A DNA stretch of 20,812 nt, from assembly GCA_008690995.1 (NCBI GenBank), contig VRMN01000017.1:248001-268812 (forward strand), written 5' to 3'. The position numbers and the translations under genes are program-made. Source of the DNA: Porphyridium purpureum (lineage: Eukaryota). Shown one piece after another: positions 15,326 through 20,812 of this stretch. How positions within the stretch are numbered: position 1 is the stretch's first letter; the number at the start of each line of letters is the position of its first letter. The notes beneath the pieces were generated by a model. It had not been told where the DNA came from and did no database searches. It saw only the letters and a list, made by a program, of their open reading frames with translations.

Positions 15326-18300
15326 TCAAACACCTTCTGCCATGTCTCGGTACGCGGCTACCAGCATGGGCGGGAGCGTCTTCTCAGCCTCCCATGTGTC
15401 GCCTCGCTTCCCCATACCCCGCCATCTCACCTTGTACTCGCGGCCTCCACCCGCAGCCCGATCTTCCACAATTGCCTCCACCACCCAACTTGCATCTCCT
15501 CCAACGAACACGTTCGTGCCGGCCATGTCTACCACGTCCGGGTCTGCCTTGTGCAAGCGGTTCACATGCACGAGCTGGCCATGGAGCTCTGCGTCATCTC
15601 GGCCGTTTGCGCTGACCACGACTGCGTGAACCCCGTTCCGCTTTGTGATGCGGAAAGGTCCGAGCCACGGCTTTGTCAGCTTGCGACCCTGCCTCGTACT
15701 TGGGCACCACACGTATACGATGTCGCCTTCGGCAAACGTTTCCTTGTTCCGATGAATGTTTCTGTCATAGTACCTTGCAAACCTCTCGGCGTTCTCCGAC
15801 ATCTTATTCCCGGCGAGCCGATAGGCGCGCGCCAGCTGTGCGGAGATATCTTGCGGTTGCTGGCCCCCTTCAACCGCTCGCGGTCCGGCCATGCTTGCCC
15901 AGTCCTTGGCTGGCGACCCAAACATCATTTCGTACGGCGAGAAGCCGGTGGCTGCGTGGCGCGACGTGTTGTACGCGTAGGTTACAACGGACAGCCACCT
16001 ATCCCAGTCGCGCGAGCTTGCACTGACGTACGCCGACAGCATCTTGCACAGGGTCGCATTGAAGCGCTCCACCCTTCCGTTCGTCTGCGGGTGGTAGGCT
16101 GTCGTCATGAGCCTCCGGATTCCGAGTCTGGCGCAAAGCGACGTGATCACCTCACCGACAAAGTTTGAGCCCCGGTCGGACAAGATGGACTCCGGCGGGC
16201 CAAAGACAGTCAACCACGTCTGCAGGAAACTCCGCGCCACGGTCTCTGCCTTCTCGTCCGGGAGCGCCACGGCAACCGCCCATCGCGTCCAAGCATCCAT
16301 CATGACGAGCACCTTGATATTTCCCGTTCGCGTCTCCGGACTGATGGTGAGGATGTCCATGCCTACAATTTCAAAGCGTCTGGACGCCGAGTACTGCACC
16401 ATCGCCGCGTTCCGGCGGGGTGGTGGTGCCTTGCGCGCTATGCACTCGTGGCAGCACCGAACGAACTTCCGAACGTCTTCTGTCCACCCGGGCCACCACC
16501 ACTGCGCGTCGGCTATCCTCGCCGCCGTCCTCGCCGTCCCCATGTGAGCCGACAGCGGGGCTCCGTGATAGACATTCAGAACTGCCGACACAAGGGCGTC
16601 AGGGACCACCCGCCTGGGCATGTCTTTCAGCAACGCAAACACAATCCCGTCTTCGTCCACGATATACTCAGGGAAGGAGTACTTTGACGCGGGGCCTGAT
16701 AGGTTCTTGAGCTCAGCGCAGATCTGCTCGTCCTCTGCGTACGCTGCTCTGAGCTCGTCGTCCGTGGGCACAGCGTATAGCGCCCCACTGTCTTGCGTGT
16801 CCCGTACCTCCCGGACCTCTTCTTCCGTGCCAGTGTCCAGAGGAGTACGCGATAGCGCATCGGCCACGATATTCGCTGCGCCTGGCTTGTGCTTCACGTC
16901 AAACTCGAAATCTTGCACGCGCATGATCCACCTTGCCGTCCGACCCCGTGGCTCTTTCTGGCGAAGCAGCCACAGCAGCGCCGAGTGATCCGTCACGAGA
17001 ATGAACTTCTTGCCGAACAGATAGTGCCTGAACTTTTCCATGGATAGTATGGCACCCAAGCACTCTTGCTCCGTGACGCTGTAGTTCAGCTCTGCGCCTC
17101 GGAATGCCCTTGAGTAAAAGGCCACCGGGCGCCGCTGGTCCCCTTGAAGCAAGACCGCGCCAATGCCCACCTGGCTCGCGTCGACTTCAAGAACCATCTC
17201 GGCGGCCGGATTGAATGCAACCAGGACTGCGCTACCGTCGTCCATCGGATCACCTAGCGCATGGCGTAGGTCTATGAACGCGGCGCGCTGGTCGTCCCCG
17301 AATCTGCTCGCCCACTCTGCGCCACCAGCCGTCTTCCGGTGGAAGCCACCTTTCTTGTCCGTCAATCCGAGCCCAGTCAGCGCCCGCCTCAGCGGGAGGG
17401 CGCGCTCCTCGAAGTTCGGTATGAAGTTACGAAACCAGCCGACCAGTCCCAGGAACCGCTGCAGGTCCTTCGCTTCTTCTGGCTCTGGCCACTCCAGGAT
17501 TGCCCGCGTCTTATCTACCCCAGGCCGCAAACCTTGCGGGCCAATGCGATGGCCCAGAAACTGTACTTCTGCCAGAGCAATCTTGCACTTGCGGGCCGAC
17601 AGTGTAAGCCCCGACGCCGCGAACCTTCGCAAGATCTGACGAAGTCCTTCCACATGTTCCTCGAAGGTCTCATGTCCCACTGTCAGATCGTCAATGTAGA
17701 TCTGCGCGTGTGCATGGCGCATAGGGCCCAAAATCCGGTTGTTGAGTCGCTGGAAAGTTGGCGGACTATTGCAGCAGCCCTGCGGCAGACGCGTGTATTC
17801 AAATAGCCCCTCACGTGTGATCATGGCAGTCAAATGCATGCTTTCTGGCGCAAGGGGCACCTGGAAAAACCCGTCCTTGAGATCGAGAGCGCTCTTCCAT
17901 CGGCGCCTCGAAAGCCAGTCGAGCATCTCCCCAACGTCTGGGATTGGGTACCTGTCCTTGATTGTGATTGCATTGAGCGGGCGAAAGTCGGTAGTCATCC
18001 GATACGATCCATCTGGTTTCCGGATCAGTACGTTGGCTGCTGCACACTCCGACGTGCTCGGCTGCAGCACTCCCTTAGCGACAAGGGCTTCGACCAGGCT
18101 GCGCTCGGCCTCGTTCTCGGCCTCTGAGCGCCTGCGCACTTTGGCCACCAGAGGGCGCTGGCCCGGTTCGACAGTGATGGTGTGTTCCACCAGGTCCGTC
18201 AATCCCATGGACGGCCTGAACAGCACCCACGCCTCAGCTAGGACGTCGCCGACTCGTTTGCGCTGCTCGGGCTCGAGATGCCCAAGCTCGATGGCCGCGG

Positions 18301-18934
18301 CGTTGCGCAGGGCTTCCTCTTTCTCGGCCGCGTGCTTCTGCTCCAGCTGGGCGATTCGACGATCAATCTCGCCCGGTTCTTCAAGATGACCGATGTGTTC
18401 TGGGCCCGGCAGACCACTCACTTGCTCGAACGGTAGAGAACCTCCACGCTTGAAGAACACAGCTTGACCTGGCAGCACGGCCGCGACTTCTCGAACCTGG
18501 AAGTCCCAGCCGATCAAGAGATCTGTCTTGAGGTGTTCCGCCACTCGGACCGTCTCGCACGGAAAAACGAAAGACCCGAGATGCAGATCCAGAAACCCAA
18601 CGCTGACTCTGCCCAAGGAGGCGCCGTCCGGCCCTCGCGCTCCCCAACTTGACGGCTGCGTTTTCAAGCCGAGCCGGTCAGCCACGCTCGGGCTCACCCA
18701 TGTTGAGTTTGCGCCCGTGTCCAGAACTGCCAGTGCAACCACTGCCTGGCCACATGCGGTGAGCTTCACCCGCAACGTCGGACTGTTGTCCGCACGCACG
18801 GCTAGCTCCGAGTCGCCGTCTTGTTCCTTGGCGTACGCCGCGCCTTGCAACTCTGCCTCACCTGAGGCATCGCCCGGCTCCCACCATTCCATGCAGGGGG
18901 CAGCTACTGCTTGCTGCCCCACTGCCCGTTTTTT
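15326..18934 (-). CDS. pol: Pol of element C (protease, RT, RNase H, integrase, chromodomain), expressed by -1 frameshift from gag
   Basis: Part of ORF 15326-19078. Motifs LDTGAN; DFRPLN, LDLKDGFFQ, PQG, YIDD, FLGH; DASQVGIGAVL, TDH, ADALSR; H..H..C..C, SDRGSNF, HPQTNGRVER, WLGPF; chromodomain WVVEAIVEDR...EYKVRWRG...DTWEAEKTL (about 15350-15487). Confidence 0.95.
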   Translation of the reverse strand, partial: KKRAVGQQAVAAPCMEWWEPGDASGEAELQGAAYAKEQDGDSELAVRADNSPTLRVKLTACGQAVVALAVLDTGANSTWVSPSVADRLGLKTQPSSWGARGPDGASLGRVSVGFLDLHLGSFVFPCETVRVAEHLKTDLLIGWDFQVREVAAVLPGQAVFFKRGGSLPFEQVSGLPGPEHIGHLEEPGEIDRRIAQLEQKHAAEKEEALRNAAAIELGHLEPEQRKRVGDVLAEAWVLFRPSMGLTDLVEHTITVEPGQRPLVAKVRRRSEAENEAERSLVEALVAKGVLQPSTSECAAANVLIRKPDGSYRMTTDFRPLNAITIKDRYPIPDVGEMLDWLSRRRWKSALDLKDGFFQVPLAPESMHLTAMITREGLFEYTRLPQGCCNSPPTFQRLNNRILGPMRHAHAQIYIDDLTVGHETFEEHVEGLRQILRRFAASGLTLSARKCKIALAEVQFLGHRIGPQGLRPGVDKTRAILEWPEPEEAKDLQRFLGLVGWFRNFIPNFEERALPLRRALTGLGLTDKKGGFHRKTAGGAEWASRFGDDQRAAFIDLRHALGDPMDDGSAVLVAFNPAAEMVLEVDASQVGIGAVLLQGDQRRPVAFYSRAFRGAELNYSVTEQECLGAILSMEKFRHYLFGKKFILVTDHSALLWLLRQKEPRGRTARWIMRVQDFEFDVKHKPGAANIVADALSRTPLDTGTEEEVREVRDTQDSGALYAVPTDDELRAAYAEDEQICAELKNLSGPASKYSFPEYIVDEDGIVFALLKDMPRRVVPDALVSAVLNVYHGAPLSAHMGTARTAARIADAQWWWPGWTEDVRKFVRCCHECIARKAPPPRRNAAMVQYSASRRFEIVGMDILTISPETRTGNIKVLVMMDAWTRWAVAVALPDEKAETVARSFLQTWLTVFGPPESILSDRGSNFVGEVITSLCARLGIRRLMTTAYHPQTNGRVERFNATLCKMLSAYVSASSRDWDRWLSVVTYAYNTSRHAATGFSPYEMMFGSPAKDWASMAGPRAVEGGQQPQDISAQLARAYRLAGNKMSENAERFARYYDRNIHRNKETFAEGDIVYVWCPSTRQGRKLTKPWLGPFRITKRNGVHAVVVSANGRDDAELHGQLVHVNRLHKADPDVVDMAGTNVFVGGDASWVVEAIVEDRAAGGGREYKVRWRGMGKRGDTWEAEKTLPPMLVAAYRDMAEGV
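18897..18934 (-). promoter_or_regulatory. Programmed -1 ribosomal frameshift signal
   Basis: Slippery heptamer A AAA AAC (18934-18928) in the gag frame, a 7-nt spacer, then an 8-bp stem GGGGCAGC/GCTGCCCC. Pol lies in the -1 frame. Confidence 0.85.
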
Positions 18935-20202
18935 GGTCCGTGGCTCAAGCCACCGTCCGAATACGGCGCGCGTGGTGCTCCACCTTGGCCCGCGGGGCGA
19001 TGCACTCCCCCATCGGCCCTTGGCCATCCATTGCGGCAATCCCTCTTCAAGTGTCCAAGTTCGCCGCACTGCCAGCACTGCGGCTGTCCGGGCAGAGCAG
19101 TCGGAAGGGCTTGGCGCTTGGCCTGTGGCCCAAAGCTCTCAACCTGGTATACATCCTCTGCGTACAGGCCGTAGTCACGACCGCGCTTCTGGATCGTCGT
19201 GCCCGGGACCTCGCCTATGCGGCCCACTCTCTCGCGGCCAAGCGGGCGTTGCTGGCCAAACGGAGGAAGCGAGCGACTCGGTAGACCCTTCAAACCATCT
19301 TCACCGACGTGGTCTACCAGAGCTGAGCGCAGCTTGGTGAACGAGACGCTCACGCCGATCATGCGGACCGTGTTCTTCAAGAACGCGGAGTCCATGGCTT
19401 CGATCAACACGTCCTTCTTGTCCTCGTCGTCCATCTTGAGCCCGTCAGCCTTGGTCTCCAGGTCGTTCAGAAAGACACTCAAGCTGGCTTTCCCCGGTTG
19501 GAACTTCATGCGGCGGAGCTCGGCTTTCAAAGCCTGGCGGTGCTCGACATTGAAAAACATGGACTCCAGTGCCTTCCACACACGGTTCGCTGCGCCGGGC
19601 CCTGCCGCATCGACATCTTTGATCACGGCTTGGTACCTTGACACCGCGGGCCCACCAAAGCAAGCGCTGATGTGCTCCGCGACATTGTCCCTTGCGAGGC
19701 CAAGTGTGTCCGCGTGCGACTCCCAGCAGGTCCGCGACGCGAAGAAATGAGCGTCACCTGGGGCCTTGATAAGAACTTGAGCACTGCGGACCGCCTCGCG
19801 AAAGGTTGCTGCGAGCTTCAACTGCTCCTCCCAGAACGACCGATCCGTGGTACGGCCCGAGGTCTGCGCCGAGTTGCGGCTGTGCGCCTGGGCCTCCAGT
19901 TCAGCAACGCGAGCGCGAAGGGCCATCACTTCGGCTCCGCCCGGTGCAGCTAGGTCTCCAACCGGGACAACGGACTCTGCGTCGGCTGCGGCTTCCAGGT
20001 GACCTGGCGTCCCCTGCTCATTGTCGACAGCTTCACCCTGGTGCTCCACGACAGGCCCGTCTTCTGGCGCTGGGCCCCCGGCACGAGCGGCCCCTGCTTC
20101 GATGATCGCGGATCCGCTGCGTGGCTCCCCAAGTCCTGCCACAACTGCTGCCTCGCGAGGCCCACCTGCCTCTCCAACTCCTGCCCCACGCCCACGCGCC
20201 AT
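18904..20202 (-). CDS. gag: Gag of element C
   Basis: First ATG at 20202, 58 nt from the 5' LTR. Coiled coil LRARVAELEAQ, capsid-like helical region, and canonical Zn knuckle CWQCGELGHLKRDC. Confidence 0.92.
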   Translation of the reverse strand: MARGRGAGVGEAGGPREAAVVAGLGEPRSGSAIIEAGAARAGGPAPEDGPVVEHQGEAVDNEQGTPGHLEAAADAESVVPVGDLAAPGGAEVMALRARVAELEAQAHSRNSAQTSGRTTDRSFWEEQLKLAATFREAVRSAQVLIKAPGDAHFFASRTCWESHADTLGLARDNVAEHISACFGGPAVSRYQAVIKDVDAAGPGAANRVWKALESMFFNVEHRQALKAELRRMKFQPGKASLSVFLNDLETKADGLKMDDEDKKDVLIEAMDSAFLKNTVRMIGVSVSFTKLRSALVDHVGEDGLKGLPSRSLPPFGQQRPLGRERVGRIGEVPGTTIQKRGRDYGLYAEDVYQVESFGPQAKRQALPTALPGQPQCWQCGELGHLKRDCRNGWPRADGGVHRPAGQGGAPRAPYSDGGLSHGPKNGQWGSKQ

Positions 20203-20259
20203 CCTATCCCACTCCCAACCCCACACTTCCTCGCTCCCACACGACCAATTTGCAAATTA

Positions 20260-20551
20260 TGTCACAAACGGAGCTTCTTTTCTTTACTTCTTCTTCTCTC
20301 CTCCTCTACCTCCTCTCTTCTTCCTAGCCTTTTTTCTTCGTTCGGCTGCCGCTCGCTCTGTTTTATACCCGCCTTCCGGCGCCGCAACGGCTTGCCCGGC
20401 GGGTTCAGCCCTCGGAATAACCCAATCCCGCGGCCCTCAACATAACTCAGCTGTACCACACGGTACACCCACAGCTGTACTTTCAGTACACTTAGGGACT
20501 GTACCTCTGCGTACTCGCTGTACTGAGACCTGCATCAGGTCGCTCGCGACA
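20260..20551 (-). repeat. 5' LTR of element C (292 bp)
   Basis: Direct repeat of 14324-14615; minus-strand TATAAAA at 20361-20367. Confidence 0.97.
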
Positions 20552-20716
20552 GTTGAAGTCGGGTGGCTTTGAAAAGATAGTTCTGTTTGGTTTTTTGAAC
20601 TTGTGTGGGAAGCCGGGTGGCTTCAGCACACGCATTGCACACTTTTGCGTTTGATTTCTAGGGACTGACTGATTATCTGATTTATGTCCGGACGCCTGTC
20701 GGATATCTTGGGGGAA

Positions 20717-20812
20717 ATGGCCGGGCGTCCAACTGTAGCGAGCGTCACGGCTGATGTGGCGGCACTCCAGGGACGTGTAGAGCTGATCGCATCCGGCCAG
20801 GAGCAGCTGCGC
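20717..20812 (+). CDS. Probable N-terminus of the gag of element D (runs off the window)
   Basis: MAGRPTVASVTADVAALQGRVELIASGQEQLR, open to the window end, coiled-coil-like, located after the D leader. Confidence 0.5.
   Translation, partial: MAGRPTVASVTADVAALQGRVELIASGQEQLR

Larger units (their letters stand above)
14324..20551 (-). mobile_element. Element C: complete Ty3/gypsy chromovirus-type LTR retrotransposon (6228 bp)
   Basis: Two 292-bp LTRs, intact gag and pol (PR-RT-RH-IN-chromodomain), a PPT, and 4-bp flanks GTTT / GTTG. Confidence 0.96.
13903..20812 (+). mobile_element. Element D: plus-strand LTR retrotransposon (5' LTR, leader split by element C, start of gag), continuing beyond the window
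   Basis: Leader motif GYCGGGTGGC occurs on both sides of element C (14255, 14299, 20558, 20612), and a gag-like ORF starts at 20717. Family not assignable from the window. Confidence 0.65.

Noticed and set aside
18935..19078. Independent start of pol at 19078
   Set aside because: The start codon is non-ATG and overlaps the gag knuckle region; the -1 frameshift signal at 18934-18928 explains pol expression better.
20237..20248. TGGTCGTGTGGG as a conventional tRNA PBS for element C
   Set aside because: It starts 12 nt from the LTR rather than 0-5 nt, and I cannot match it to a known tRNA 3' end. Not fully excluded without a host tRNA search.

Overview
Eukaryotic, GC-rich, intron-poor DNA, probably from an alga. 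The left third is host sequence: the 3' end of a flavin-reductase-like gene (+) converges on an uninterrupted 2183-aa homomeric, plastid-type acetyl-CoA carboxylase (-), whose transit peptide appears split by a 1-nt frameshift. From about 7673 to the window end is a four-deep nest of LTR retrotransposons in alternating orientation. Element A (+) has a half-tRNAiMet PBS and a single polyprotein joining Ty3/gypsy-type Gag and protease to copia-type IN-RT-RNase H, with a Cys-rich module and a Myb/TRF-like domain after the integrase. A is interrupted at the end of RNase H by gypsy element B (-), whose 3' LTR carries two perfect heat-shock elements. B is interrupted in its integrase by element D (+), and D is interrupted in its leader by a complete, young chromovirus C (-) with 292-bp LTRs differing at one base and a classical -1 frameshift signal. 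C and D both have a self-complementary palindrome exactly where the tRNA primer-binding site should be. The strongest novelty candidates are the gypsy/copia chimera with a Myb domain and the palindrome-instead-of-PBS elements. All calls come from motif reading by eye; no database search was run.
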